Shown here piece after piece: positions 1-13,354 of a DNA stretch of 64,000 bases; position 1 is the stretch's first letter, and every line of letters begins with the position of its first letter. Where the stretch lies: NCBI GenBank assembly GCA_951406725.2, contig OX597830.1, positions 5,332,001 through 5,396,000 of the forward strand. The letters are read 5' to 3'. Below the pieces are notes generated by a model. The model searched no databases, was not told the origin of the DNA, and saw only the letters and a list, made by a program, of their open reading frames with translations. Source of the DNA: Octopus vulgaris (taxonomy: Eukaryota). Both the position numbers and the translations under genes were made by a program.

Positions 1-108
1 CAGTCCTTCAGTTTTTGTAAGACTTGTAAAAGAACTCGGAATGCTGGGCCTCCAACCCGGCCTTTCGCGATACATTTAAAGCCGGGAACTTCCTTGAGCC
101 TTCTCGTA
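1..108 (+). mobile_element. Right half of mariner-derived MITE (same family as 33645-33865), cut by window edge
   Basis: Aligns by eye with 33765-33860 (aaaagaactc..aatg..gggcc.ccaacc.ggcctttcgcga.ac...aaagcc.ggaac); ends ctcgTA like a mariner TIR plus TA. Confidence 0.75.
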
Positions 109-837
109 TATATGTATATATATGCATGTATATATATATATATATATATATATACATACATACGCGCTCTTACATACACACAAATAGACACAGGCATAGT
201 AACTAGTGTTGAGTGTAACAATCAGTTGTAAATACCAAGTATTTATATGAAATATCAGCTTAGGTTGTATTATATACGGAAATTGGACAAAATATCTTTA
301 AGCTCTTAATAATAGTGAGTTTATAAGCAGTCCCTATAGAGAGTTAAACATAATATCTAGAACCAGACGCTGATAAAATCCAAACGTAAGGACAGAAATT
401 AATCTCTCTGATCCATCCTTTCCTGTTCACGAAGATATTTTATACAAAGAAACAATGCGTTTATATTCTGTCTGTTACTAACAATGTTGGCCAAAAGCCT
501 CTACAATACAATACTGAAATGAAACACTGCTAATAAACGAGTGATTTACTCATTCAACTTGTTGCCAAGAATGTGTTATGAAAGTAAATCGTTCTCTCTT
601 ATTTAATTAAGCCTTTAGTAACAATGTGTTTAAAGACAGTGTGTTTCTGTGGATGATTAACGAGGGTAACGGTAGCAGATGAATTTCCAACTCGGGACTG
701 AAACCCGTCCTGCTAATCGATCTTTTATTTGTTTTTTTTTTGTTTTTTTTTTGTCCATGAAGATATTGCATATAAAGAAGGTGTTTATATTAGCTTATTA
801 ACGACATTGTTGGTTAAGTTAATCTATAGATATATTC

Positions 838-1058
838 TGGAGCACTGCGTAGAATTGAATCGCAACACCGGAGAAAGTGTTTAGCGCTATTTCTTCCGGT
901 TCCTTCAGTTCTGAGTTCAAATTCTGCCGAGGTTGACCTTGCATTTCATACTTTCGAAGTTGATAAAAGAAAGAATCAGTTGAACGCCGCTTGGATGCGA
1001 TCAACTTCACTTCTTCCCTCACAATTGCTGGCTTTGTGCCAGGAGCTGAAATTATCAT
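838..1058 (+). mobile_element. SINE family A (tRNA-derived), degraded
   Basis: ttctgagttcaaattctgccgaggttgaccttgcatttcatactttcg matches the intact copy at 28745. Confidence 0.8.
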
Positions 1059-1170
1059 TGCATTCTCTCGTGCTCGCATTATATTGCTACACACAAAGCT
1101 GTCGGCCATTGAGCCACTTCTGCAACTTTCTCATGATTCTAAACTATATAGACTATAAAATCCATCTTAA

Positions 1171-1253
<83 letters not shown>

Positions 1254-1298
1254 TTACCTATCTGTCTGTCTGTCCGTCCGACCGTCTGTCTGTCTGCC

Positions 1299-1348
<50 letters not shown>

Positions 1349-1371
1349 TCTATGTATATATCTATCTATCT
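1171..1371. repeat. Compound (TATC)n/(TGTC)n microsatellite
   Basis: Directly visible; explains ORF 980..1438. Confidence 0.97.
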
Positions 1372-1734
1372 AGGGGAAGATGAAGATAAGTCCAATTATA
1401 AATTATTAGTTTCTACGTATGCTTCTTCATTGCGCTGATTAAGATTGGGCATTTGGACGCCTAATCGCAATGAATCATCAAGGAAACCCATTCTTTTCCA
1501 GAGCTCTAAAGTCTGAAGTCAGACTCACAATAGATGCTCTGTATACCACAAGTATTAAGACTGCTAAGTACAGCGGTAGACTAACCACTGCACTGGAAGC
1601 TGGCTGGATAATGATAGCCTACGCGGAACTCTCATACAATAATAGTCATGTATCTAACTCTACACACACACACACGCACAGTATAGATATGATGCGTATA
1701 TTGATATAAGTGTATGTATGTGTGTATGTGTGTC

Positions 1735-1925
1735 TACGACCACTTGATAATCGGTGTTGGTGCGTTTACACTCCCGTCACTTAGCAGTACGGCAAGAGAA
1801 GACGATAGAGAATAATAATCTGACTTGAAGTTAAAAAAAAGGTATTGAGGTCAATTCTTTCGTTTAAAATTCTTTAAGATGGTGCCCAGCATGGCCTCAG
1901 TAGAGTCTAATGACTGAAACAAAAC
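1735..1925 (+). mobile_element. SINE family B, 3' half
   Basis: cacttgataatcggtgttggtg...ggtgcccagcatggcc...tgactgaaac matches 27245-27434. Confidence 0.8.
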
Positions 1926-1961
1926 ATAAAACACACAAACACACACAGATACATATATACA

Positions 1962-2018
<57 letters not shown>

Positions 2019-2039
2019 GTGTATGTGCTTGTGTTTGTG

Positions 2040-2196
2040 TACCGGAACTTAGCGCTTCGGCAAAAGTGACCGATAGAATAAGTAGTTCGTTTATAATACA
2101 AACAATAAGTCCTGGGGTCGATTTCTTCGACAAACACTCTTTAAGGCAGTGCTCCAGCATGGCCGCAGTCACAAGTAAAAGAATAAAAGAAAAGAA
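2040..2196 (+). mobile_element. SINE family B, 3' end
   Basis: aacttagcgcttcggcaaaagtgaccgatagaataagta...gtgctccagcatggccgcagtc...aaaagaataaaaga. Confidence 0.85.
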
Positions 2197-3087
2197 TATA
2201 TATATTTACATAATTTGTCCATAAATTTATTTTCACAATTTGAAGTGTGGAGGTTGTAAAGATAATATACGGACACTTCGTAATTCTACACACACACACA
2301 CGTATATACGTGGAAATAGTAATTCTGTTCCAGACCAGCTGAAATTACTCTCAATTCCGGCTGTATGTGACGTATATTTTCTCTCTGACTTTGCCAGTAT
2401 CAGCCGAGCAACGTTTGATTTAAGTGCCCTGACACCGGATAATGTATAAGCGATGATGGCCTTCCTATTGAGTCACCATTCATATCACGTTAACGCAACC
2501 GTAAGCCACATTGCCAATCGATCTGTGTTATAGACTCTCAGCACAGACCTTTTTTTCTATTATTCATCCTTAGTTTCTAGTTTTGGTTGTGATTTTGTAT
2601 ATATATTTTTTTTGTAGTGCAAACACAAAGGAAAAATAATAAATGTAAAACATTAAAATAGAAATATCCTCGTCCGTCGTGATACAGTTGCTCTTCTGGG
2701 ATCACAGTTTTACTGTCTCAAGTCTTCTGTCTAAAAAAAAAAAATAATAATCGCAAAATAAATCATTTTAAAACTTCCACATAGAAAGAAGACAGAAAAT
2801 AATAATAATAAAAGTGAACAACAAAGGCGCTTTGTGAAGAATATTTCATACACAGTATCGTTTATCATTTTGTAATTTCATTCTTAGCTGTCACTTATAT
2901 TTAATTTAACACCTTTGTGAATAGCAGCTTCCTTGATATTTAAGTTAATGGAGCTGGTAATCTAGCGAAAGGGAAGTGTTTAAGGGAAAACGACCAACGC
3001 TTATAATAATCGATGCTGATTTACAACAGGCGATCAAAAGTTAGTTTATCCTGTCCGCTATCTTTATTCCCGTAAGATTTATTCTAA

Positions 3088-3302
3088 TATTGGTTTCAAA
3101 TTTTGGTACAAGGCCAGAAATTTTGTGGAAGTGGGTAAGTCGATTACATCGACTCTAGCATTCAACTGGTATTTATTTTATCGACCCTGAAAAAAATAAA
3201 AAAGGAAATCCCGACCCCGGTAGAATTTGAACCTCAGAACAAAAGAAATACTGCAGAGGGTTTTTTTTTCTGGCGCGGTAACGATTCGTCCAGCGCCGCG
3301 CT
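3088..3302 (-). mobile_element. SINE family A
   Basis: Reverse complement of family A (gaatttgaacctcagaac; gtcgattacatcgac; tail tattggtttcaaattttggtacaaggccag). Confidence 0.85.
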
Positions 3303-4284
3303 TTTTGCGTATTTTAATATTATGGCTTTTAATGCTGATAATGTTTCTCTCTTTATTCTTACTATATTTAGTTTTATATTTACCTTACAGCTAGGGTTTT
3401 AAGTCCTGTCAAGATTAAGTTTACGTTTTCTACTTCAGGGATCGATCAAATAAGTGCTATTCAAATACGAGATCAACTCAATCGATTATAAACATCGTTA
3501 TAAGCAGTATACTTGATTTAGAAATTACATTTATGTTTTGCAAGATAGAATCGGTAAGGCAGTGGACAGGATAACTCTACAGAATAACACTAAAGAGTAA
3601 AGATATTCTATAAAAGTATTGGTCAGCCCGAGACTTTGGTAGGAGTCGGTTCTCGAGGTTCAATACAGTGGTATTAAACCAGAAAATACATGTTACAAAG
3701 TAAATTCCAAAACTGCACGGCCATACCAGTCCATTACCTATTCTTGATCCTAACGGGATCAACGGACCAATTTCTATTTTACATCTTTGAGATTTGTTTT
3801 CAATTAGCCAAAGCAATACGATAGAGAATTAGAGAGTAATTAGACCGATGGATAGAAATGCATACTGGAAACAGCTCCATACTATGAGGTCTAGAATTCA
3901 TTTTTAATGTAATCCTTCTAGGTTCGATGCATTAGATATTAAATTTAGAAATAAAGTAAATTAGAATGGTTCTAGTATTTCTTTAAGAGTTGATGAAATA
4001 GGCACCGGTAATATAATAAACATGGCTAGCCTCTGATATTAAATATGTCTTTGCTCTGCTTCGAAGAAGAGTGAGTCACCCGAAATATACAGGATTAATA
4101 AATTATTATTGTTTCTTTCGTATAGTAAGAAACTCTTTGTTTTTATTTTCTTATGTCACAAAGCTTCAACAAACATACCGCTCTTCTTTCATTGCATCTG
4201 AGCCAAGTACCGGTAATATATTGGGAATGGTATACTTACTTATATATTACCTTCTTAACTCTGGGGAAGTTGTTCATGTTATTG

Positions 4285-4495
4285 TTAAACCCCAACAACA
4301 ACATGGTCAAGATGAATTACGATTAAAAGCGATTCAGACACGACCACTCGGCCCATAGATCTATTTAGGAGAATCACACTGACTGTTGTATTGTTCTCTG
4401 TTAAGATGTTGTTTGTTAATATCTTCTTTGAAATAGAGTTGTCTTTTTCTTTTTCTTTTAGCTCACTCGGCTGTCTAGAAGCTCCCTCGTTGATA
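4285..4495. mobile_element. Interspersed repeat family D (SINE-like); related copies about 8210-8380 (opposite orientation), 14255-14380, 50100-50305, 51440-51570
   Basis: Shared motifs among copies: gttgtt...agccc..gtca; ctg(c/t)tatttctagca; gaagc/ggtttccctc(a/g)ttg. Confidence 0.5.
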
Positions 4496-5695
4496 TGATT
4501 CAGAAAGTATTTCCTTCCAGTATATAAAAGATGAGATAACAGAGAAGTAAATGGATGACTTAAAAATAAAAAATGGCCGACAAAACATGACGTGGTTAAA
4601 GACGAATGTCTGCTTTCGTCGCTTTTCGATATTTAGAAATTTACAGGGAAGTTAGAAAGAGAGGAAAACGTTACTTATGCTAGATATTCGTTAGAACTTT
4701 ATTTCTATATACGGTGAATTCTTTCGTAATACTATGGGTATCAGAAGAAGAAATAACTGGTGATCAGTGTTTTCGACACACAAGCATTTAGGATTACTTT
4801 TATCTGTGCTCCGAAAAAACAAAGAAAAATAGAAAATATGAACGGATTATCGGAAGGAAAAAATAATATAAACAATAACAGAAGTTAACGTGAGACAACA
4901 ATAACAACAACAGAAACAGCAACAACAACATCACATACATATGCACGCTCGTGCACACACACAAATCAACGAAAAAGAGTAATGAGAGCGATTGGTTAGC
5001 TTTATAATATTCACTTGTTGTTGTCATTAATATTGAAGTTAATATCGTGGCAAACAGAAACGACAACCATTAAAATTTCTTTTGATAAAATAATGGTTAT
5101 TTTAGTCTGGAGTAAATGAATTGGCCATTGTTTTTGTCTGTTTCTGATACATAAATAAGTACCAACAGACGGTTTTAGTAGTTCAGATTACAAAAAGACC
5201 GGAATGTAGAGAAAAAGAAAGTGAGAGAGAGTGAGAGAGAGTGGGAAAAGTCATACTATAAAAAAGATAAAATGGCAGACAGGAAGGTTAGCTAATATTA
5301 GTCTTATTTACATATAATTATTCTTCAACGTCGTCGTCGGTCGGATAAGTTTTCTAGTGAGATCATAGGAGTACAATTTCCCATGTTGGAATTTTTCTGT
5401 GTTCCGATTCAACTCATTAAAGATTGTAAAGATAAAGAAGTGGATACAGGAAATATTTATCAAACGTCGACAATTATCAGCTACACCATCAATCGATCTC
5501 TTTTCTTTTTCTCAAGACTCTTGAATCTCCCCGTCCCCCATAACCCTTTGTGTTCTAGATGATACCATTTAAAGACTATGGTTTAATAGGAAAATACAGT
5601 CTTGGGAAAATCAACCAGACGGAGCCTATCATTTGCCAAAGGAAATTTATGAAGAAATTTGAACTAATTGTAGCAAACTAATAAAACGGTCGTAA

Positions 5696-5752
<57 letters not shown>

Positions 5753-5801
5753 GTTGTTGTTGTTGTTCTTCTTCTTCTTCTTCTTGTTATTGTTGTTGTT
5801 G

Positions 5802-5874
<73 letters not shown>

Positions 5875-5876
5875 CA
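5696..5876. repeat. Compound (ATT)n/(GTT)n/(CTT)n microsatellite
   Basis: Directly visible; explains ORF 5647..5877. Confidence 0.97.
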
Positions 5877-6769
5877 TAAGAGCTGCAGCTTTGTAAGTAT
5901 CTTCAATTACTTTGTGGTATTTTTCAAGCTCTGTATCTGAAATAAGAAAGAAGTGAGAAAAGAGTGGAAATTTCTCAGGGAGGGCGTTCCGGAGGAAGAT
6001 CTAGTGTGTGTTTTGTGCAAGTGGCATGGCTACGATGTGGGCGCAAAACTGTGGGAGAGATAAGTGAATAGATCGAGTGTGTCTGAGAGTGCACAAGATG
6101 AAGCAGTTCGGATGAGCATTAGACCAAAGTAGTAACTTTAGGAATACAGGGTCAATCAAGTGGGTCGCCGTTACTACCTTTCTTTAATGTCTCTTTACAG
6201 CTAAGAGCATTGTGTAAATGCAGTGAGTCCATTTGTGTCGGATGGTGAATGCAAAGAATCATTCTTGATGGCATACAGGTCGTTGGCAGCATGCTTGCCT
6301 GTCTGACAGCTTATTGATACACCCAGCTACATCAGCGACAGCTCAATATTGATTTCTTTCATCCATGCAAAAATATTGGTTGACGTTTATGGACACAATT
6401 AATTATTTCCTGATTAATAAATTAATTAAGATATTCATGTATTCATTATCTTGTGTCAAAGAATTCGATCCCGTTACCAATAAAAGGCCAAACAACTCCA
6501 AAGTTTCTAATCGATTTGGCATTCTTCCATAGAATCTCTTTTCTTTCCAGACTTCTTAGTCTCTTTGCTACTAAAATACTTTTTCCTCTGTAGGGAACGA
6601 AAATTTTGGTACAGAGTGAGAGCAGAAACGTGAAACGAAAATCACACGAGACAGGAGGTCAATCTATAGGTGAACATTTATGCTAACAGTTCCAAACCTG
6701 CTTGTGAGCCTCTCGTTGTCCGAGGGTGTCACAAAAGTTGCATTCGAACTTCATAAGGTTTATTTTTTA

Positions 6770-6995
6770 TTATTCTTTTATTCTTTTATTTGCTTCAGTC
6801 ATTTGACTTTGGCCATACTGGTACCCACTCACATCGCCTCTAGTCGAGCAAACCGACCCCAGGACTTATTCTGTCGGTCTCTTTTACTGAACCACTAAGT
6901 TACGGGGACGTAAGCACACCGGTTGTCAAGCGATGTTAGGAGGACAAACACAAACACAGAAACATATACATATTTATATACATACATGCATATAT

Positions 6996-7032
<37 letters not shown>

Positions 7033-7141
7033 TATATATATATTTATATATATATACGATGGGCGTCTTTCAGTTTCTGTCTACCAAATCCACTCACAAG
7101 GCTTTGGTCGGTCAGAGGCTATAGCAGAAGACACTTGCCCA
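6770..7141 (-). mobile_element. SINE family B lacking tRNA head, with internal (CA/TA)n
   Basis: ctttcagtttctgtctaccaaatccactcacaaggctttggtcg...agaagacacttgccc and aagttacggggacgtaagcacaccggttgtcaagcgat are reverse complements of family B halves. Confidence 0.9.
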
Positions 7142-7158
7142 GTAATGAATAATAATTA

Positions 7159-7211
<53 letters not shown>

Positions 7212-7420
7212 TGACATTCATCCTTTTCGAAGTACATTAACATTATAAGTAAAGTCACTTGACATCAACCGAGAATCGAAACTGTCCCGTATAGTCTTCT
7301 TCGTGTTCTGTGTCTGCAGGGGCGGACGATAAGAGACATCTAGCCCACAGAATTCATTACATCACTAGATTGGTCCTTCTATAACCAGCTGGTAAGGCCA
7401 TCAACTACCTTCTCTCTGTC

Positions 7421-7470
<50 letters not shown>

Positions 7471-7640
7471 CGTTTTAGTTTATCAGTTGTCATCAAGTGA
7501 TCAAGTCTTTATCCTCCTTATCCGATAATATTTACTTATTTTGCTCAGAAGGATTTTTCCGCTTTGAGGCGCTCCGTGTTTGGTACCCAATTTGTGAACG
7601 ACGCTTTCACCAGTCTTCTGAGGAAGCGCATTTTTGGGAA

Positions 7641-8076
7641 TATTGGCTTAAAGCCAGCAATTTCGAGTGAATGAACAAATCGATCACAACGTTCCAAGTG
7701 TTCAAATGGAACTTGTTTAATCGATCCCCGAAAGGAGGAAAGACAAAGTCGACCTCTACGGAATTTGATCTGGCAACGTAAAGTCAGACGAAATGCTGCC
7801 AAGCAGTTTGCGTGCTAACGATTCAACCAACACGCCGCCTTACACGTCTGCGATATTGGTTTCAGATTTTGGCACAACGCCAGCAATTTCGGGGGAGCGT
7901 GTGGTCGATTACATCGATTCAAGTGCTTTAATGGAAATTGTTTTATCAACCTTGAAATGGATGAAAGATAAAGTCGACATCATGGATGAAAGGCAAAATC
8001 GACGGAATGTAATGCCGAACGAAATGCTGCTAATCATTTTGTCCGGCGTGCTAACGATTCTGCCAGCTTGCTGCCT
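7641..8076 (-). mobile_element. Two head-to-tail SINE family A copies (7641-7840, 7853-8076)
   Basis: Each starts tattgg..tt..a...ccagcaatttcg and ends gtgctaacgattc..cca...(c/t)gcc. Confidence 0.85.
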
Positions 8077-9115
8077 TAGACACCTCTGCCATATTTATAT
8101 GAATTTACAACTTTTGGTCCATTTTGCAGGTTACACAATCATAATAAAGTAAACCTCATTTTACAAGTGTACATAATGGCATTTATTCATTGGAACTGAC
8201 CTCTAAAGAGAGAATCAAACCAATGAGGAAGCCTTAACCTGATTATTCACTGGACAGCGTGTTGTAGAATGCAACGCCGCGTGTTAATAAAAGTCTGGAC
8301 GGTCACTGATTGAAAGCTTTTAATTCAAGGCCTGTTCGATCAGGGTTGAACTACTGTTTAAAATATCAAGACAACAAATAATTGGCAAAATAACGACACC
8401 CCACTAGGAATTGAACAATGAGTGAGAATATCAGTAACTACTTTGAGTACCGCGTCCAGTGCCGTGCCACTTCTGCCATTGAATAAATAAAATGGACTCG
8501 ACTGTAAACTAAGAAATATTAATTAAAATATTCCGAAAAATAGCAGAAACATTTATTGAAGCAGCCGCCCCCGCCTGTGTGGTCAAGCCATGCTGTTTTA
8601 AGTCAAGAGAGACAAAGCTAACTGCATTAGATTCTATTTTGAAGTTCATACAAAAAAGTGTTACAAGATGTTTTGCATGCTCTCTTGAGTTCGGTTAACT
8701 TCTGCTCGCTATTTGTCACTTTACGGCCCAGTGAGGAGTGAAAAACAAAACAAAAACAAGAAACATTGAATAACCTTCTGTCGCCATCTTGAACTGTCTG
8801 TCATCTTTGGCGTTCTTATGGGATTCTAGGTTTGAAGCATGAAATGTTCTGAGAAGTTCGGCTCTGTCATAACTCCAGTCACCTTCCAGTCGTGTCTGTC
8901 CATTAGAAATGCTCCATTTACAGATAAAAGAAGCCGACCGCTTCATTGTGATCATCAAAATCAAGAACAGTGGAAACATATTGATGCTGTTGTAGCTTTG
9001 GTGTGATGGAGGGGGGGGTCAGCGAAATTATTTAGAATTTCTAAAATTGGAAATGTCAAATAAAGTAAAAGAAAATTAACAAAGCTATAACTGCTGGTAT
9101 TTTTTTTAGTTCTAT

Positions 9116-9167
<52 letters not shown>

Positions 9168-9566
9168 TATCTGTTGTTCCACAGAATTGGTTTTGATCGG
9201 TTTAATTATATTTCCTATTTTGCTACAACTTGTGGTTTAGAATGCAGAGAATTTTGTGCTTTTACTAAAAACGCTTTCTTCTACAGCTCTTTATATCTGT
9301 CTTTACATTGTATTGAAGACTCTTCAGTGTAGACATTTTTTCTGTATTGCTTCTTTTTTTTGGTGGTGGTGGTGGTGGTGGTGGGGGGGCTCTTAGGCTA
9401 AGATCAAGTTTTTCAGTTTGTTTTCAGATATTTTGACACTATTCCCAAGGTTCCAATAGTAAACGGCAATATCACGACTTTGTTGCCTTCTTTGTTTCAA
9501 CATTTTAAGATTTTATTCTTTAAGTCGCTATCATGCTTTAGTTTCGTTCTGCTGCTGCTGTTGCTG

Positions 9567-9930
9567 TTGCTATTGAGCGAAGCGGTCTTCGTCCCAGTGG
9601 GAGAAGTCCGAAACGTGGTCCTTTGCTATTCGTAAGACCCGCAGAAGAGAAAGCAGGTCAACCCCCGACACCGAGAGCATTGACGGATGGATGAATGCGC
9701 ATCAAGGCTCAGCCTTGCGTAGGAAGTTAGGGATAAGAAACAGGAAGAAAGATTGAGAGAAAGTTGGGGCGAAAGAGTACAACAGGGGTCGCCACCACCC
9801 CCTGCCGGAGCCTCGTGGAGCTTTAGGTGTTTTCGCTCAATAAACACAAACAACGCTCGGTCTGGGAATCGAAACCGCGATCCTCCGACCGCGAGACCGC
9901 TGCCCTAACCACTGGGCCATTGCGCCTCCA
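9567..9930 (-). mobile_element. Well-preserved tRNA(Arg)-like SINE (family F), possibly an octopus OR-type SINE
   Basis: Minus strand tggaggcgcaatggcccagtggttagggcagcggtctcgcggtcggaggatcgcggtttcgattccc has A box, TCG anticodon-like loop and B box; flanked by 15-bp direct repeat ctgctgctgttgctg (9552-9566, 9931-9945). Confidence 0.85.
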
Positions 9931-10061
9931 CTGCTGCTGTTGCTGCTGCTATTGTTGTTGTTGATGATGATGATGAAGTTGTTTCTTTAGTACTTGTTGA
10001 TACTATAGACAAGAGGCACCTCTCTACAGTACGTGGGCTGTTCCAATTAGTGCTGGCTTCT

Positions 10062-10185
10062 GGACGGCAGAAATATTGGTCTTGCTCAGATCTTGCCATT
10101 TCGTCCATCTTTAAGTTCTGAGTTCAAATTCTGACGAGGGCGCCTTTACTTTCCATCATTTCGGTGTCGATAAAATAAATACTAT
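10062..10185 (+). mobile_element. SINE family A, partial
   Basis: gttctgagttcaaattctgacgagg...tttccatcatttcggtgtcgataaaataaatac. Confidence 0.75.
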
Positions 10186-10394
10186 TGTCACACTTTTATT
10201 ATTATTCAGTTGTCTTATTTTTATCACGTGCTTTTACTGCACTACCGAGCGCAGCTCTGTGTGCCTTGGCTATGTGCTGGGATTTGTTTTGGTTATGTAT
10301 GTGTCTGTATGATATTTAATCATACCTAATGCACGTATTTTATAGGGATTGTTTCTGTTTATTATTATTTATTTATTTATTTATTAATTATTGT

Positions 10395-10405
10395 TATTAT
10401 TATTA

Positions 10406-10474
<69 letters not shown>

Positions 10475-10635
10475 CTTCGCAACACAGTGCAGGTAAAAAT
10501 GCACCGGAGTCTTTAGTCATCTGTCAAATCACAACAAGGACCTTAGACAGATAATACTATCCTTAAGATGTGCGCTGCGCCCAATAACGCTTTTTGCAAG
10601 ACATCAGTCTTGCATGGGACTGCCAGTTGCCTTAA
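10395..10635 (-). mobile_element. 3' end of R4/Dong-like non-LTR retrotransposon with (TAA)n tail/target
   Basis: Minus strand reads VLQK-ALLGAAHILRIVLSV*, matching the R4/Dong C-terminal LQK..LLGTA.ILR.VL motif, then short 3'UTR and (TAA)n. Confidence 0.7.
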
Positions 10636-10680
10636 GAAGTATATTATTATTATTATTATTGATGCTGTTATTGTTATTAT

Positions 10681-11185
10681 TGAGTGAGAGAAGTGACACT
10701 GAGGCACAAATATTCAAAGCCCAGTATACCCATCATGCCTACACGTCTGATAAGATTACACCAGACACATACATTACAACAATACGTGCACGACATGGTG
10801 ATCTCATATCAAGATAAACAGTGCATGACCTTGCAGGTGGGGCCCTCTTAGAATTTTCTTCAGGTCAAGCAGCTCATCTCACTCAAAAGGTCCCTGAATA
10901 CACCTATGTTTCCAGGTGTAAATTATTCCAACCCCAAAGACCTCCAACCCTAAAGACTTCCTAACACGTGGCTATGATGCTCTCCCACTACTCCAGCTCA
11001 TTATCAGAGATGTACATAACGTGAGTCACTAAAGGCCATGATCAACGGGTTAAGGTCAACCAATAGGCAAGCCAATCTGTGGTACTGAGCAGAATATTTG
11101 CTGTAGTGCATCTTTCACACCTAGACAAAATTTGTACATGATAACACTGCCAATCAATCTAAGATCAGGAGCCATGACAGCCTTG
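10681..11185. mobile_element. Unclassified interspersed repeat next to (TTA)n
   Basis: About 500-bp block starting right after a (TTA)n run; resembles a high-copy octopus repeat from memory only, single copy in this window. Confidence 0.4.
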
Positions 11186-11194
11186 GGCATTGGA

Positions 11195-11386
11195 TGGCAG
11201 AATCGGTTGAGCATTAGACAAAATGCCTTGCAGAATTTGTCCCGGCCCTTTACGTTCTGAGTTCAAACTGTGCCAGGGCCAACTATGCCTTTTATCCTTA
11301 TATCTATAAAATAATGTACTGGTCGTGTACTTGAGTCGACTTCACTCAGCCCCACAAAACCGGTGGCCTTTTGTCAAAATTAGAAT
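11195..11386 (+). mobile_element. SINE family A
   Basis: tggcagaatcggttgagc...tttacgttctgagttcaaa...ggccttttgtcaaaattaga. Confidence 0.8.
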
Positions 11387-11663
11387 GAATTATTATTATT
11401 GTCAATGTTACTGATGTGATTGTTGTTGTTGTTGTTGGTCTTAATTCGTGTCTCTACCAAATGTTTCCATTCTGTCGCCATTAATTCCATCAACGTTTAT
11501 CAAAATGGAGTCGCGAGTTTGGGAAACAGAAAGCAATTTGAAAGAATAAAAGATAATTTCGTAATAATACGCAGAAAATTTCCGACAGGAGTCACGTGAA
11601 CGTTTCTACTGTCGCGGACACCGCGATTATCATCATCATCGACGTCATAGTCGTCGTCGACGC

Positions 11664-11668
11664 CGCTG

Positions 11669-11718
<50 letters not shown>

Positions 11719-11946
11719 GCTGCTGCTGCTGTTGTTGCTGCTGCTGCTGCTGCTACTGCTACTACTACTACTACTAATACTACTCTACTGCTACTACTAA
11801 TACAACTACTACTGCTGCTGCTGCTGGTGCTACTACTACTACTACTGCTGCTACTACTAATACTACTACTACTACTACTAATACTACTACTACTGCTGCT
11901 GCTCCCACTACTACTACTACTACTGCTGCTGCTGCTACTACTACTA

Positions 11947-11978
<32 letters not shown>

Positions 11979-12122
11979 ACTACTACTACTACTGCTGCTA
12001 CTACTACTACTACCACTACTACTGATGCTGCTGCTACTACTGCTACTACTACTACTTTCAGTATTATGGTGGTTGTTGCTGTTGTTGTTGCTGCTGCTGC
12101 TGTTGCTGTTGTGGTTATTATT
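11664..12122. repeat. Long compound trinucleotide tract (CTA/CTG/TTG)n
   Basis: Directly visible; explains poly-T/A/L/V ORFs. Confidence 0.95.
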
Positions 12123-12804
12123 ATAATATATGACAAGAAAAAGGGAGCTTAATAAGTCTTCCCCATTTAGCGAAGAAAACCATTCTGTTAACAGCCATTG
12201 ACTTTGGCTTCATTGCAGTTCTTCGTTTCACTCTGGCTGCGACGATGACGGCAGGTGGCTTCTTCTATCTTCAGCGGAGCGGAAAGAAAATACGAATATT
12301 TATGAGTATTATGAACAATTGCCCAAATACCAATAATTTTAAAATTAACAGCAAAAACGACAACAACAATTCCACAACCACTATTGACAATATTAAGAAC
12401 AAAATCGATAATAGCTTTTGTGATAATAACTGCAACGACATCATTGATTGGTGAAACTGGCTTAAAAACACAGCAAAATGAATGGCAGAAATGAAAAGAA
12501 TGACAGAAAAAGCAAAACATTCGTTTGTGGCATAGTTGTGTGCTAGGCTTCAGCTATCGCCATATTAAGCAACGCAGCTGGGTGCCGGGGTGACTTTAGC
12601 GGAGTTTACTCGGTATTCAGAAAAAGGTGTGTTTGCAATTTATTCGGAAAAGTGCTCGTTTTGCATTCCGCCTACATTTTCCCCGCCAGGTCTTGCCAAA
12701 CATACGTTCAAGCTGAAGCATCTTCTACATAATCTTAGCATTCTATTAGGGCAACCATATTGTCTATATTCTTAATTTGTGTTTTGATTTAAATGCTTCT
12801 GTTT

Positions 12805-12985
12805 TTTACATCTTTCAGTCATTGGACTCCGCCCATGCTGGAGCATCACGAAGGATTTACACGAATATATCGACACCAGTACATAAGTCTGGCACTTATC
12901 ATATGGCTCTCTTTTGCTGAACCGCTAGATTATGACGACGTAAACAAAACAACACAAATTTTCAGACAGTGGTAGGTCACAAACA
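12805..12985 (-). mobile_element. SINE family B, 3' half, degraded
   Basis: tttcagtcattggactccgcccatgctggagcatc...ttttgctgaaccgctag. Confidence 0.8.
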
Positions 12986-13149
12986 CACATCTCCCTTTCC
13001 CCATATAAATAGATATATAAGTATATATATGTGTGTGTATATATATATATATACATATATATATGTATATATATATACACACACACATACATAGGAACAC
13101 ATGTATATGTATGTACGTACGTGCATACATGCATGCATGTATACATATA

Positions 13150-13282
13150 TATAGTGAGAATATACCAACAAACAAAAGACGAAGACAGGTGTTTAAACAA
13201 CAAAGAGATGTATTAATTTAACGCTCGGGAAGTGAGAAAGTCTTCTACGTTTCGAGCCTACGCTCTTAATCAGGGAGAGAAC
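13150..13282 (-). mobile_element. Short PLE-like element P1 with hammerhead-like motif (G8 mutated)
   Basis: Homologous to 43699-43873; minus strand tcc-CTGATTA-a-gagc-gtag-gctc-GAAA-cg-TA-gaa at 13242-13276. Confidence 0.65.
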
Positions 13283-13354
13283 ATACATGTATACGTACGT
13301 ATGTAAGTACATACAAGATATGTGAATAAAGATAGAGAGACCAAGGAATATGAT

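Noticed and set aside
7371-7392. miR-133-like string ttggtccttctataaccagctg
   Set aside because: Several internal mismatches and no complementary arm.
8776-8792. Minus-strand caagATGGCG (YY1-like or start codon)
   Set aside because: Weak donor, ORF closes quickly, no promoter context.
9855-9930. Functional tRNA-Arg gene
   Set aside because: No convincing acceptor stem or terminator; continues into a SINE body with TSD.
11596-12136. Poly-Thr/Ala/Leu/Val ORFs
   Set aside because: Translations of a (CTA/CTG)n microsatellite.
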